Sequence record: NZ_CP059766.1
Source of the DNA: a plasmid
Strand: one strand, 5' to 3'
Length of the DNA: 37,121 nt
A program made the translations under genes and the position numbers. Positions within the stretch are counted from its first letter, which is position 1. The number at the start of each line of letters is the position of its first letter. Below the pieces are notes generated by a model, which was not told the DNA's origin, ran no database searches, and worked only from the letters and a program-made list of their open reading frames with translations. This document shows, piece after piece, positions 18,419 to 30,504 of the stretch.

Positions 18419-19981
18419 GTGACAGAGAAAAATATAATGGTTATTCCTGCTCGTAAAAGAGTAGGAAGTACAGCCGCAAAAGAAAAGATAAAGAAACTTC
18501 GTGTTGCTGCCTATTGCCGTGTTTCTACAGAAACAGAAGAACAAAATTCTAGCTATGAGGTTCAGGTCTCACACTATACAGAGTTTATAAAGAAAAATAA
18601 TGAATGGGAGTTTGCTGGCATCTTTGCAGATGATGGTATCTCTGGTACGAACACTAAAAAGCGTGACGAATTTAATCGCATGATTGCAGAGTGTATGGAC
18701 GGTAACATCGACATGGTTATTACAAAATCCATCAGCCGATTTGCGCGTAACACCCTAGACTGCCTTCAATACATTAGACAGCTCAAGGATAAGAACATAT
18801 CAGTTTATTTTGAGAAAGAGAACATCAACACCACGGATGCCAAAGGTGAGGTTTTGCTGACTATTATGGCATCTTTGGCACAGCAGGAAAGCCAGAGCCT
18901 TTCACAAAACGTTAAGCTTGGGCTACAGTACCGATACCAACAAGGAAAGGTGCAGGTCAACCATAAGCGATTTATGGGCTACACGAAAGATGAAGATGGA
19001 AATTTAACTATTGTCCCCGAAGAAGCTGAGATTATCAAACGCATCTACCGAGAATACCTTGAGGGTCAGAGTCTAGTGGGCATTGGTCGAGCCCTTGAAA
19101 AGGATGGTATTTTAACAGCAGCGGGAAAACCAAGATGGCGACCAGAATCAGTTAAGAAGATACTTCAAAACGAAAAATACATCGGAGATGCCCTTCTGCA
19201 AAAGACTGTCACAGTAGATTTTCTGACCAAGAAACGAGTGAAAAATGAAGGGCATGTTCCCCAATATTATGTTGAAAATAGCCATGAAGCGATTATTCCT
19301 AAAGAGTTATTTTTGCAGGCGCAAGAAGAAATTCATCGGAGAAGCAATATCTACACAGGAGAAGGCAAGAACAAAAGAATTTACAGTAGCAAGTACGCTT
19401 TAAGTGCCATCACCTTCTGTGGAGATTGTGGCGATATTTATAGACGGGTCTATTGGAATATCCACGGAAGAAAAGAATTTGTCTGGCGATGCGTGACTAG
19501 AATCGAGCAAGGTCCTGAAGTTTGTAAGAACCGAACCGTAAAAGAAGATGAACTTTATGGTGCAGTAATGACTGCGATTAATAAGCTACTTGCAGGTGGG
19601 AACAATATGATAAAGACACTGGAAGAGAATATTCATGCTGTGATTGGCGAAACCACAGAATACCAAATTTCAGAGATTAACAACTCACTAGAGGAAAAAC
19701 AAAAAGAACTAATCAAGCTGGCGAACAAGGGTCAAGACTATGACCACTTAGCAGATGAGATTGATGAGCTGAGAGACAAGCGACAGATCCTTTTAGTAGA
19801 AGATGCCTCCCTCAGTGGCGAGAACGAGCGAATCAATGAGCTGATTGAATTTATCCGCAAGAACAAATTCCGCACCTTAGAATATGATGATAAGCTTGTA
19901 AGGAAGATAATCCAGAGCGTTACAGTCTATGAAGGCCACTTCGTCATAGCCTTCAAATCTGGCATCGAAATGGAAATATGA
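18419..19981 (+). CDS. Large serine recombinase (520 aa; TnpX/TndX/CcrB-like)
   Basis: N-terminal catalytic domain ([13 protein letters not shown]...SISRFARN), a recombinase domain, a Cys-rich zinc ribbon (CGDCG...CV...C) and a C-terminal coiled-coil. Confidence 0.85.
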   Translation: MTEKNIMVIPARKRVGSTAAKEKIKKLRVAAYCRVSTETEEQNSSYEVQVSHYTEFIKKNNEWEFAGIFADDGISGTNTKKRDEFNRMIAECMDGNIDMVITKSISRFARNTLDCLQYIRQLKDKNISVYFEKENINTTDAKGEVLLTIMASLAQQESQSLSQNVKLGLQYRYQQGKVQVNHKRFMGYTKDEDGNLTIVPEEAEIIKRIYREYLEGQSLVGIGRALEKDGILTAAGKPRWRPESVKKILQNEKYIGDALLQKTVTVDFLTKKRVKNEGHVPQYYVENSHEAIIPKELFLQAQEEIHRRSNIYTGEGKNKRIYSSKYALSAITFCGDCGDIYRRVYWNIHGRKEFVWRCVTRIEQGPEVCKNRTVKEDELYGAVMTAINKLLAGGNNMIKTLEENIHAVIGETTEYQISEINNSLEEKQKELIKLANKGQDYDHLADEIDELRDKRQILLVEDASLSGENERINELIEFIRKNKFRTLEYDDKLVRKIIQSVTVYEGHFVIAFKSGIEMEI

Positions 19982-20123
19982 AAACCAGAAGTAAATAGCC
20001 CATGACTCTACAGTAGAGTTGTGGGTTTTCTTTTGCTTGCTGATTATAATAATATTTTAATAACTATTGTGTTTATCAACCAAATGGTTTATAATATTCT
20101 TAGCGTAAACTTGGAGGTGCTGT

Positions 20124-20348
20124 ATGACTACGGCAGAAATGATTAAAGAACTGTGTGAGCAAATGAATATAAGTGTTTCCGAACTTGCTAGACGTATTGG
20201 CCAGACTCCACAGAATTTCAATAAAAAATTACAACGAGAAACAGTAACCTTGGATGAGTTGAAGGCCATTGCTGATGTGCTAGGTGTCAAGTTTGTGCAG
20301 GCATTTATTTTACCAGATGGAGAAGAAATAAAAATATCTAACGAATAA
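20124..20348 (+). CDS. XRE-family HTH transcriptional regulator (74 aa)
   Basis: ISVSELARRIGQTPQNFNKK is a classic Cro/CI-type HTH. Confidence 0.6.
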   Translation: MTTAEMIKELCEQMNISVSELARRIGQTPQNFNKKLQRETVTLDELKAIADVLGVKFVQAFILPDGEEIKISNE

Positions 20349-20362
20349 AGGAGGATGTTTAT

Positions 20363-21232
20363 ATGGTAGGTAATGTTATTCAAATAGTAACAGAGAAATT
20401 ATCATCTTTGCCTTTTATAGAAGGCATCGTATTAGGGGGCTCACGTGCAAGAGGCACCCATACAGAAAATTCTGATATAGATATCGGAATCTATTACAAT
20501 TCAGACTCATTTGACCTGACAGCGATTAATCAAATTGCTACAGAATTGGATGATAAAAATAGAAACAACCTTGTTGTGCCTCCCGGAGCGTGGGGTGATT
20601 GGATTAATGGCGGCGGATGGTTATTTATAAATGGGTATCATGTTGACTTGATTTTACGTGATATAAAACGGGTAGAACAAATAATCAAAGATACGGAGCA
20701 AGGAATTGTTACTGCCAATTATCAGACCGGGCATCCCCATGGTTATATAAGTGCAATGTATCGTGGAGAATTAGCGATTAGTAAAATACTATATGCTAAG
20801 AACGAAAGCTTATGCGAATTAAAAAAGCAGGCAGAAATTTACCCTACTGCTCTAAAGAAAAGCTTGATGAACTTTTTTATATTTGAAGCTGAATTCTCTT
20901 TAATGTTTGTAAAAGCAAATGCGGGGGTAGAGGATAAATATTATATTGCAGGCCATGTTTTTCGTATTATTTCATGCTTAAATCAAGTACTATTTGCATG
21001 TAATAATGCTTATTGCATTAACGAAAAGAAAGCTATAAAACTGCTTGAAACTTTTGAATATAAACCTGAAAAATATGCCGAAAGAGTTAATCATATTTTT
21101 GAAGTACTCGGTCTTTCTCTTTTTGAATGCTACGATATGACCGAGAAACTTTATAAAGAAGTGAATGAAATTGTATCGGAGATAAATAACTTTTTAAACG
21201 AGGAGAGTTCAGATGAAAGAAAACAAATATGA
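20363..21232 (+). CDS. Nucleotidyltransferase-domain protein (putative aminoglycoside/antibiotic nucleotidyltransferase-like)
   Basis: GGSRARGTHTENSDIDIGIY is the GS...D.D polymerase-beta-type NTase motif. The SD AAGGAGGA lies upstream. I recall an ORF of this kind being commonly found upstream of the ant(6)-sat4-aph(3')-III cluster. Confidence 0.65.
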   Translation: MVGNVIQIVTEKLSSLPFIEGIVLGGSRARGTHTENSDIDIGIYYNSDSFDLTAINQIATELDDKNRNNLVVPPGAWGDWINGGGWLFINGYHVDLILRDIKRVEQIIKDTEQGIVTANYQTGHPHGYISAMYRGELAISKILYAKNESLCELKKQAEIYPTALKKSLMNFFIFEAEFSLMFVKANAGVEDKYYIAGHVFRIISCLNQVLFACNNAYCINEKKAIKLLETFEYKPEKYAERVNHIFEVLGLSLFECYDMTEKLYKEVNEIVSEINNFLNEESSDERKQI

Positions 21233-21947
21233 TGATAATATATTTTTTCAAAAATACAGTCAAATGAGTCGCTCGCAGAAAGGACTGGCTGGTGCGGGAG
21301 AATGGGAGACTTTGAAAAAGATGCTACCTGATTTTAAGGGTAAGCGTGTGCTTGATTTAGGATGCGGCTATGGATGGCACTGTATATATGCGATGGAAAA
21401 CGGTGCTTCCTCTGTAGTAGGTGTTGATATTTCTCATAAAATGCTCGAAGTAGCAAAAGGAAAAACCCATTTTCCACAGATTGAATATGAATGCTGTGCC
21501 ATAGAAGATGTGGATTTCCCAGAGGAGAGCTTTGATGTAATACTAAGTTCGCTTGCGTTTCATTATGTAGCAGACTATGAGAATTTAATAAAAAAGATAT
21601 ATAGGATGCTGAAGGCTGGTGGCAATTTAGTTTTTACAGTTGAACATCCTGTTTTTACTGCTCATGGAACACAAGACTGGTATTATAACGAAAAAGGAGA
21701 AATACTGCATTTCCCGGTGGACAATTATTATTATGAGGGCAAACGGACAGCTATGTTTTTGGAAGAAAAGGTTACAAAATATCATAGAACACTGACCACA
21801 TATCTAAATACACTGCTTTCAAATAGTTTTATAATAAATCAGATTGTGGAGCCACAGCCGCCAGAGAACATGATGGATATTCCGGGGATGGCGGATGAAA
21901 TGCGACGCCCAATGATGCTGATTGTATCGGCAAAAAAGAAGATGTAA
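21213..21947 (+). CDS. Class I SAM-dependent methyltransferase
   Basis: VLDLGCGYGWH is SAM-binding motif I (Rossmann GxGxG); 244 aa. Overlaps the stop of the preceding gene, suggesting an operon. Confidence 0.7.
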   Translation: MKENKYDDNIFFQKYSQMSRSQKGLAGAGEWETLKKMLPDFKGKRVLDLGCGYGWHCIYAMENGASSVVGVDISHKMLEVAKGKTHFPQIEYECCAIEDVDFPEESFDVILSSLAFHYVADYENLIKKIYRMLKAGGNLVFTVEHPVFTAHGTQDWYYNEKGEILHFPVDNYYYEGKRTAMFLEEKVTKYHRTLTTYLNTLLSNSFIINQIVEPQPPENMMDIPGMADEMRRPMMLIVSAKKKM

Positions 21948-21979
21948 TAATATAGAAAAAATAAACGAGGAGTATGTAA

Positions 21980-22888
21980 ATGAGATCAGAAAAAGAAATG
22001 ATGGATTTAGTACTTTCTTTAGCAGAACAGGATGAACGTATTCGAATTGTGACCCTTGAGGGGTCACGCGCAAATATTAATATACCTAAAGATGAATTTC
22101 AGGATTATGATATTACATATTTTGTAAGTGATATAGAACCGTTTATATCTAATGATGACTGGCTTAATCAATTTGGGAATATAATAATGATGCAAAAGCC
22201 GGAGGATATGGAATTATTCCCACCTGAAGAAAAGGGATTTTCCTATCTTATGCTATTTGATGATTACAATAAAATTGATCTTACCTTATTGCCCTTGGAA
22301 GAGTTAGATAATTACCTAAAGGGCGATAAATTAATAAAGGTTCTAATTGATAAAGATTGTAGAATTAAAAGGGACATAGTTCCGACTGATATAGATTATC
22401 ATGTAAGAAAGCCAAGCGCAAGGGAGTATGATGATTGCTGCAATGAATTTTGGAATGTAACACCTTATGTTATTAAAGGATTGTGCCGTAAGGAAATTTT
22501 ATTTGCTATTGATCATTTTAATCAGATTGTTCGCCATGAGCTGCTGAGAATGATATCATGGAAGGTCGGCATCGAAACAGGCTTTAAATTAAGTGTAGGC
22601 AAGAACTATAAGTTTATTGAAAGGTATATATCCGAGGATTTGTGGGAGAAACTTTTGTCCACCTACCGGATGGATTCCTATGAAAACATATGGGAAGCAT
22701 TATTTCTATGCCATCAATTGTTCAGGGCGGTATCCGGTGAGGTGGCGGAAAGGCTTCATTATGCCTATCCGGAGTATGATAGGAATATAACAAAATATAC
22801 CAGGGACATGTATAAAAAATACACTGGTAAAACCGGCTGCCTGGATAGCACATATGCCGCTGATATAGAAGAGAGGCGGGAACAGTGA
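21980..22888 (+). CDS. ant(6)-Ia: Aminoglycoside 6-adenylyltransferase ANT(6)-Ia (streptomycin resistance)
   Basis: 302 aa MRSEKEMMDLVLSLAEQDERIRIVTLEGSRAN... is the AadE/ANT(6) sequence as I recall it. It is followed by sat4 and aph(3')-III, the classic aadE-sat4-aphA-3 cluster. Confidence 0.85.
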   Translation: MRSEKEMMDLVLSLAEQDERIRIVTLEGSRANINIPKDEFQDYDITYFVSDIEPFISNDDWLNQFGNIIMMQKPEDMELFPPEEKGFSYLMLFDDYNKIDLTLLPLEELDNYLKGDKLIKVLIDKDCRIKRDIVPTDIDYHVRKPSAREYDDCCNEFWNVTPYVIKGLCRKEILFAIDHFNQIVRHELLRMISWKVGIETGFKLSVGKNYKFIERYISEDLWEKLLSTYRMDSYENIWEALFLCHQLFRAVSGEVAERLHYAYPEYDRNITKYTRDMYKKYTGKTGCLDSTYAADIEERREQ

Positions 22889-23427
22889 TTACAGAAATGA
22901 AAGCAGGGCACCTGAAAGATATCGATAAACCCAGCGAACCATTTGAGGTGATAGGTAAGATTATACCGAGGTATGAAAACGAGAATTGGACCTTTACAGA
23001 ATTACTCTATGAAGCGCCATATTTAAAAAGCTACCAAGACGAAGAGGATGAAGAGGATGAGGAGGCAGATTGCCTTGAATATATTGACAATACTGATAAG
23101 ATAATATATCTTTACTACCAAGACGATAAATGCGTCGGAAAAGTTAAACTGCGAAAAAATTGGAACCGGTACGCTTATATAGAAGATATCGCCGTATGTA
23201 AGGATTTCAGGGGGCAAGGCATAGGCAGCGCGCTTATCAATATATCTATAGAATGGGCAAAGCATAAAAACTTGCATGGACTAATGCTTGAAACCCAGGA
23301 CAATAACCTTATAGCTTGTAAATTCTATCATAATTGTGGTTTCAAAATCGGCTCCGTCGATACTATGTTATACGCCAACTTTGAAAACAACTTTGAAAAA
23401 GCTGTTTTCTGGTATTTAAGGTTTTAG
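22885..23427 (+). CDS. sat4: Streptothricin N-acetyltransferase Sat4 (GNAT)
   Basis: 180 aa starting at GTG with an acidic DEEDEEDEE stretch and a GNAT motif (RGQGIGSALI). Its start overlaps the aadE stop by 4 bp, and it sits in the canonical position. Confidence 0.85.
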   Translation: MITEMKAGHLKDIDKPSEPFEVIGKIIPRYENENWTFTELLYEAPYLKSYQDEEDEEDEEADCLEYIDNTDKIIYLYYQDDKCVGKVKLRKNWNRYAYIEDIAVCKDFRGQGIGSALINISIEWAKHKNLHGLMLETQDNNLIACKFYHNCGFKIGSVDTMLYANFENNFEKAVFWYLRF

Positions 23428-23519
23428 AATGCAAGGAACAGTGAATTGGAGTTCGTCTTGTTATAATTAGCTTCTTGGGGTATCTTTAAATACTGTAGAA
23501 AAGAGGAAGGAAATAATAA

Positions 23520-24314
23520 ATGGCTAAAATGAGAATATCACCGGAATTGAAAAAACTGATCGAAAAATACCGCTGCGTAAAAGATACGGAAGGAATGTCT
23601 CCTGCTAAGGTATATAAGCTGGTGGGAGAAAATGAAAACCTATATTTAAAAATGACGGACAGCCGGTATAAAGGGACCACCTATGATGTGGAACGGGAAA
23701 AGGACATGATGCTATGGCTGGAAGGAAAGCTGCCTGTTCCAAAGGTCCTGCACTTTGAACGGCATGATGGCTGGAGCAATCTGCTCATGAGTGAGGCCGA
23801 TGGCGTCCTTTGCTCGGAAGAGTATGAAGATGAACAAAGCCCTGAAAAGATTATCGAGCTGTATGCGGAGTGCATCAGGCTCTTTCACTCCATCGACATA
23901 TCGGATTGTCCCTATACGAATAGCTTAGACAGCCGCTTAGCCGAATTGGATTACTTACTGAATAACGATCTGGCCGATGTGGATTGCGAAAACTGGGAAG
24001 AAGACACTCCATTTAAAGATCCGCGCGAGCTGTATGATTTTTTAAAGACGGAAAAGCCCGAAGAGGAACTTGTCTTTTCCCACGGCGACCTGGGAGACAG
24101 CAACATCTTTGTGAAAGATGGCAAAGTAAGTGGCTTTATTGATCTTGGGAGAAGCGGCAGGGCGGACAAGTGGTATGACATTGCCTTCTGCGTCCGGTCG
24201 ATCAGGGAGGATATCGGGGAAGAACAGTATGTCGAGCTATTTTTTGACTTACTGGGGATCAAGCCTGATTGGGAGAAAATAAAATATTATATTTTACTGG
24301 ATGAATTGTTTTAG
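23520..24314 (+). CDS. aph(3')-IIIa: Aminoglycoside 3'-phosphotransferase APH(3')-IIIa (kanamycin/amikacin resistance)
   Basis: 264 aa MAKMRISPELKKLIEKYRCVKDTEGMSPAKVYKLVGENENLYLKMTD...HGDLGDSNIF...DLGRSG is the APH(3')-IIIa sequence. Confidence 0.9.
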   Translation: MAKMRISPELKKLIEKYRCVKDTEGMSPAKVYKLVGENENLYLKMTDSRYKGTTYDVEREKDMMLWLEGKLPVPKVLHFERHDGWSNLLMSEADGVLCSEEYEDEQSPEKIIELYAECIRLFHSIDISDCPYTNSLDSRLAELDYLLNNDLADVDCENWEEDTPFKDPRELYDFLKTEKPEEELVFSHGDLGDSNIFVKDGKVSGFIDLGRSGRADKWYDIAFCVRSIREDIGEEQYVELFFDLLGIKPDWEKIKYYILLDELF

Positions 24315-24332
24315 TACCTAGATTTAGATGTC

Positions 24333-25141
24333 GGTTCTGTTGCAAAGTTTTAAATCTACTATCAAATAAGGTAGAATAATAGAAAAAGATAGCAGGAGGA
24401 ATGACGATGAATCATTTTAAAGGAAAGCAATTTCAGCAGGATGTGATTATTGTAGCCGTGGGCTACTATCTTCGTTATAACCTTAGCTATCGTGAAGTTC
24501 AAGAAATCTTATATGATCGTGGCATTAACGTTTCTCATACGACGATTTATCGTTGGGTGCAAGAATATGGCAAACTACTCTATCAAATTTGGAAAAAGAA
24601 AAATAAAAAATCCTTTTATTCATGGAAAATGGATGAAACGTACATCAAAATTAAAGGAAAATGGCATTATTTGTATCGAGCCATCGATGCAGATGGTTTA
24701 ACCTTGGATATTTGGTTACGTAAAAAACGGGACACACAAGCAGCCTATGCTTTTCTTAAGCGGTTAGTGAAGCAGTTTGATGAACCGAAGGTTGTAGTCA
24801 CAGATAAAGCCCCCTCTATTACAAGTGCCTTTAAGAAACTAAAAGAATACGGCTTTTATCAAGGGACAGAACATCGTACCATTAAATACCTGAATAATTT
24901 GATTGAACAAGACCATCGTCCAGTAAAGAGACGCAATAAATTCTATCGAAGTTTACGCACTGCCTCTACCACGATTAAAGGCATGGAAGCCATTCGAGGA
25001 TTATATAAGAAAACCCGAAAAGAAGGCACTCTCTTCGGGTTTTCGGTCTGTACTGAAATCAAGGTATTATTGGGAATCCCAGCTTAAATCATAGATACCG
25101 TAAGGGATTTTATTCTTTATTTAAAACTTTGCAACAGAACC
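24333..25141 (+). mobile_element. IS1216, complete copy 4
   Basis: IRs at 24333 and 25141. The right IR abuts the outer end of IS256 directly (aacc|gtccgtataattgtg). Confidence 0.9.
24401..25087 (+). CDS. tnp: IS1216 transposase
   Basis: Identical 228-aa translation. Confidence 0.9.
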   Translation: MTMNHFKGKQFQQDVIIVAVGYYLRYNLSYREVQEILYDRGINVSHTTIYRWVQEYGKLLYQIWKKKNKKSFYSWKMDETYIKIKGKWHYLYRAIDADGLTLDIWLRKKRDTQAAYAFLKRLVKQFDEPKVVVTDKAPSITSAFKKLKEYGFYQGTEHRTIKYLNNLIEQDHRPVKRRNKFYRSLRTASTTIKGMEAIRGLYKKTRKEGTLFGFSVCTEIKVLLGIPA

Positions 25142-25236
25142 GTCCGTATAATTGTGTAAAAGTAAAAAGGCCATATAACAGTCCTTTTACGGTACAATGT
25201 TTTTAACGACAAAAACATACCCAGGAGGACTTTTAC

Positions 25237-26409
25237 ATGACCCAAGTACATTTTACACTGAAAAGCGAAGAGATTCAAAGCATTATTGAATATTCTGTAA
25301 AGGATGACGTTTCTAAAAATATTTTAACAACGGTATTTAATCAACTAATGGAAAATCAACGAACAGAATATATTCAAGCAAAAGAATATGAACGAACAGA
25401 AAACCGACAAAGTCAACGAAATGGCTATTATGAGCGCAGCTTTACGACACGTGTAGGCACGCTAGAATTAAAAGTACCCAGAACACGTGATGGCCATTTT
25501 TCACCCACAGTGTTTGAACGTTATCAACGAAACGAAAAAGCCCTCATGGCTTCAATGTTGGAAATGTATGTATCAGGCGTTTCAACTCGTAAAGTATCAA
25601 AAATTGTGGAAGAACTTTGTGGTAAATCCGTCTCTAAGTCCTTCGTTTCTAGCTTAACAGAACAGCTAGAACCTATGGTTAACGAGTGGCAGAATCGTTT
25701 ATTATCAGAAAAAAATTATCCTTACTTAATGACCGATGTACTCTATATAAAAGTACGAGAAGAAAATCGAGTACTCTCAAAAAGCTGTCATATAGCGATT
25801 GGAATAACCAAAGATGGCGACCGTGAAATTATCGGCTTCATGATTCAAAGTGGCGAAAGCGAAGAGACCTGGACAACATTTTTTGAATACCTAAAAGAAC
25901 GCGGTTTACAAGGTACGGAACTCGTTATTTCTGATGCGCACAAAGGATTAGTCTCTGCCATTAGAAAATCCTTCACCAACGTAAGTTGGCAAAGATGCCA
26001 AGTTCACTTCCTAAGAAATATCTTTACCACCATTCCTAAAAAAAATTCAAAATCTTTCAGAAAAGCTGTTAAAGGAATTTTTAAGTTCACAGATATTAAC
26101 TTAGCGCGTGAGGCTAAAAATCGATTGATTCATGATTATATCGATCAACCAAAATATTCAAAAGCTTGCGCATCATTGGATGATGGATTCGAAGACGCCT
26201 TTCAATATACCGTACAAGGAAATTCCCACAATCGACTAAAGAGTACCAATCTAATTGAACGACTGAATCAAGAAGTACGCAGAAGAGAAAAGATTATTCG
26301 CATCTTCCCCAATCAAACATCAGCCAATCGCTTAATTGGAGCCGTTCTTATGGACCTACATGATGAATGGATTTATTCTTCAAGAAAATACATCAATTTT
26401 GATAAGTAG
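25237..26409 (+). CDS. tnp: IS256 transposase
   Basis: 390-aa IS256-family (Mutator-like) DDE transposase, MTQVHFTLKSEEIQSIIEYS... Confidence 0.9.
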   Translation: MTQVHFTLKSEEIQSIIEYSVKDDVSKNILTTVFNQLMENQRTEYIQAKEYERTENRQSQRNGYYERSFTTRVGTLELKVPRTRDGHFSPTVFERYQRNEKALMASMLEMYVSGVSTRKVSKIVEELCGKSVSKSFVSSLTEQLEPMVNEWQNRLLSEKNYPYLMTDVLYIKVREENRVLSKSCHIAIGITKDGDREIIGFMIQSGESEETWTTFFEYLKERGLQGTELVISDAHKGLVSAIRKSFTNVSWQRCQVHFLRNIFTTIPKKNSKSFRKAVKGIFKFTDINLAREAKNRLIHDYIDQPKYSKACASLDDGFEDAFQYTVQGNSHNRLKSTNLIERLNQEVRRREKIIRIFPNQTSANRLIGAVLMDLHDEWIYSSRKYINFDK

Positions 26410-26465
26410 AAATGGTAAAAACATTGTATAGCATTTTACACAGGAGTCTGGACTTGACTGAGTTT

Positions 26466-26858
26466 ATGGAAGAAGTTTTAATTGATGATAATATGGTTTT
26501 TGATATTGATAATTTAAAAGGATTTCTTAATGATACCAGTTCATTTGGGTTTATAGCTAAAGAAAATAATAAAATTATAGGATTTGCATATTGCTATACA
26601 CTTTTAAGACCTGATGGAAAAACAATGTTTTATTTACACTCAATAGGAATGTTACCTAACTATCAAGACAAAGGTTATGGTTCAAAATTATTATCTTTTA
26701 TTAAGGAATATTCTAAAGAGATTGGTTGTTCTGAAATGTTTTTAATAACTGATAAAGGTAATCCTAGAGCTTGCCATGTATATGAAAAATTAGGTGGTAA
26801 AAATGATTATAAAGATGAAATAGTATATGTATATGATTATGAAAAAGGTGATAAATAA
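26466..26858 (+). CDS. GNAT-family N-acetyltransferase (the small ORF normally found upstream of aacA-aphD in Tn4001)
   Basis: GNAT motif (YQDKGYGSKLL). The ATG at 26466 is the first start outside the IS256 IR; the ORF track opens earlier at 26412, inside IS256. Confidence 0.7.
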   Translation: MEEVLIDDNMVFDIDNLKGFLNDTSSFGFIAKENNKIIGFAYCYTLLRPDGKTMFYLHSIGMLPNYQDKGYGSKLLSFIKEYSKEIGCSEMFLITDKGNPRACHVYEKLGGKNDYKDEIVYVYDYEKGDK

Positions 26859-28298
<1,440 letters not shown>

Positions 28299-28427
28299 TT
28301 ATATAATATATGAAAAGCTATTATAAAAGACATTAGTATTAAATAGTTTAAAAAAATGAAAAATAATAAAGGAAGTGAGTCAAGTCCAGACTCCTGTGTA
28401 AAATGCTATACAATGTTTTTACCATTT

Positions 28428-29600
28428 CTACTTATCAAAATTGATGTATTTTCTTGAAGAATAAATCCATTCATCATGTAGGTCCATAAGAACGGCTCCA
28501 ATTAAGCGATTGGCTGATGTTTGATTGGGGAAGATGCGAATAATCTTTTCTCTTCTGCGTACTTCTTGATTCAGTCGTTCAATTAGATTGGTACTCTTTA
28601 GTCGATTGTGGGAATTTCCTTGTACGGTATATTGAAAGGCGTCTTCGAATCCATCATCCAATGATGCGCAAGCTTTTGAATATTTTGGTTGATCGATATA
28701 ATCATGAATCAATCGATTTTTAGCCTCACGCGCTAAGTTAATATCTGTGAACTTAAAAATTCCTTTAACAGCTTTTCTGAAAGATTTTGAATTTTTTTTA
28801 GGAATGGTGGTAAAGATATTTCTTAGGAAGTGAACTTGGCATCTTTGCCAACTTACGTTGGTGAAGGATTTTCTAATGGCAGAGACTAATCCTTTGTGCG
28901 CATCAGAAATAACGAGTTCCGTACCTTGTAAACCGCGTTCTTTTAGGTATTCAAAAAATGTTGTCCAGGTCTCTTCGCTTTCGCCACTTTGAATCATGAA
29001 GCCGATAATTTCACGGTCGCCATCTTTGGTTATTCCAATCGCTATATGACAGCTTTTTGAGAGTACTCGATTTTCTTCTCGTACTTTTATATAGAGTACA
29101 TCGGTCATTAAGTAAGGATAATTTTTTTCTGATAATAAACGATTCTGCCACTCGTTAACCATAGGTTCTAGCTGTTCTGTTAAGCTAGAAACGAAGGACT
29201 TAGAGACGGATTTACCACAAAGTTCTTCCACAATTTTTGATACTTTACGAGTTGAAACGCCTGATACATACATTTCCAACATTGAAGCCATGAGGGCTTT
29301 TTCGTTTCGTTGATAACGTTCAAACACTGTGGGTGAAAAATGGCCATCACGTGTTCTGGGTACTTTTAATTCTAGCGTGCCTACACGTGTCGTAAAGCTG
29401 CGCTCATAATAGCCATTTCGTTGACTTTGTCGGTTTTCTGTTCGTTCATATTCTTTTGCTTGAATATATTCTGTTCGTTGATTTTCCATTAGTTGATTAA
29501 ATACCGTTGTTAAAATATTTTTAGAAACGTCATCCTTTACAGAATATTCAATAATGCTTTGAATCTCTTCGCTTTTCAGTGTAAAATGTACTTGGGTCAT
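28428..29600 (-). CDS. tnp: IS256 transposase (inverted copy)
   Basis: Identical 390-aa translation on the minus strand. Confidence 0.9.
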   Translation of the reverse strand: MTQVHFTLKSEEIQSIIEYSVKDDVSKNILTTVFNQLMENQRTEYIQAKEYERTENRQSQRNGYYERSFTTRVGTLELKVPRTRDGHFSPTVFERYQRNEKALMASMLEMYVSGVSTRKVSKIVEELCGKSVSKSFVSSLTEQLEPMVNEWQNRLLSEKNYPYLMTDVLYIKVREENRVLSKSCHIAIGITKDGDREIIGFMIQSGESEETWTTFFEYLKERGLQGTELVISDAHKGLVSAIRKSFTNVSWQRCQVHFLRNIFTTIPKKNSKSFRKAVKGIFKFTDINLAREAKNRLIHDYIDQPKYSKACASLDDGFEDAFQYTVQGNSHNRLKSTNLIERLNQEVRRREKIIRIFPNQTSANRLIGAVLMDLHDEWIYSSRKYINFDK

Positions 29601-29695
29601 GTAAAAGTCCTCCTGGGTATGTTTTTGTCGTTAAAAACATTGTACCGTAAAAGGACTGTTATATGGCCTTTTTACTTTTACACAATTATACGGAC

Positions 29696-30504
29696 GGTTC
29701 TGTTGCAAAGTTTTAAATAAAGAATAAAATCCCTTACGGTATCTATGATTTAAGCTGGGATTCCCAATAATACCTTGATTTCAGTACAGACCGAAAACCC
29801 GAAGAGAGTGCCTTCTTTTCGGGTTTTCTTATATAATCCTCGAATGGCTTCCATGCCTTTAATCGTGGTAGAGGCAGTGCGTAAACTTCGATAGAATTTA
29901 TTGCGTCTCTTTACTGGACGATGGTCTTGTTCAATCAAATTATTCAGGTATTTAATGGTACGATGTTCTGTCCCTTGATAAAAGCCGTATTCTTTTAGTT
30001 TCTTAAAGGCACTTGTAATAGAGGGGGCTTTATCTGTGACTACAACCTTCGGTTCATCAAACTGCTTCACTAACCGCTTAAGAAAAGCATAGGCTGCTTG
30101 TGTGTCCCGTTTTTTACGTAACCAAATATCCAAGGTTAAACCATCTGCATCGATGGCTCGATACAAATAATGCCATTTTCCTTTAATTTTGATGTACGTT
30201 TCATCCATTTTCCATGAATAAAAGGATTTTTTATTTTTCTTTTTCCAAATTTGATAGAGTAGTTTGCCATATTCTTGCACCCAACGATAAATCGTCGTAT
30301 GAGAAACGTTAATGCCACGATCATATAAGATTTCTTGAACTTCACGATAGCTAAGGTTATAACGAAGATAGTAGCCCACGGCTACAATAATCACATCCTG
30401 CTGAAATTGCTTTCCTTTAAAATGATTCATCGTCATTCCTCCTGCTATCTTTTTCTATTATTCTACCTTATTTGATAGTAGATTTAAAACTTTGCAACAG
30501 AACC
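29696..30504 (-). mobile_element. IS1216, complete copy 5 (inverted relative to copies 3 and 4)
   Basis: IRs at 29696 and 30504. Its left IR abuts the IS256 outer end at the mirror-image position of the 25141/25142 junction. Confidence 0.9.
29750..30436 (-). CDS. tnp: IS1216 transposase
   Basis: Identical 228-aa translation. Confidence 0.9.
   Translation of the reverse strand: MTMNHFKGKQFQQDVIIVAVGYYLRYNLSYREVQEILYDRGINVSHTTIYRWVQEYGKLLYQIWKKKNKKSFYSWKMDETYIKIKGKWHYLYRAIDADGLTLDIWLRKKRDTQAAYAFLKRLVKQFDEPKVVVTDKAPSITSAFKKLKEYGFYQGTEHRTIKYLNNLIEQDHRPVKRRNKFYRSLRTASTTIKGMEAIRGLYKKTRKEGTLFGFSVCTEIKVLLGIPA

Noticed and set aside
20057..20383. 108-aa minus-strand ORF overlapping the XRE regulator
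   Set aside because: The plus-strand ORF has a recognisable HTH and sits in an operon context. The antisense ORF has none.
21819..22073. 84-aa minus-strand ORF spanning the methyltransferase/aadE junction
   Set aside because: It overlaps two well-supported genes on the other strand. It is rich in His and Leu from the AT-rich antisense sequence.
23023..24262. Several minus-strand ORFs (23023-23277, 23486-23680, 23681-23875, 23951-24262) within sat4 and aph(3')-III
   Set aside because: They are antisense to canonical resistance genes. The serine-rich low-complexity translations are typical of spurious frames.
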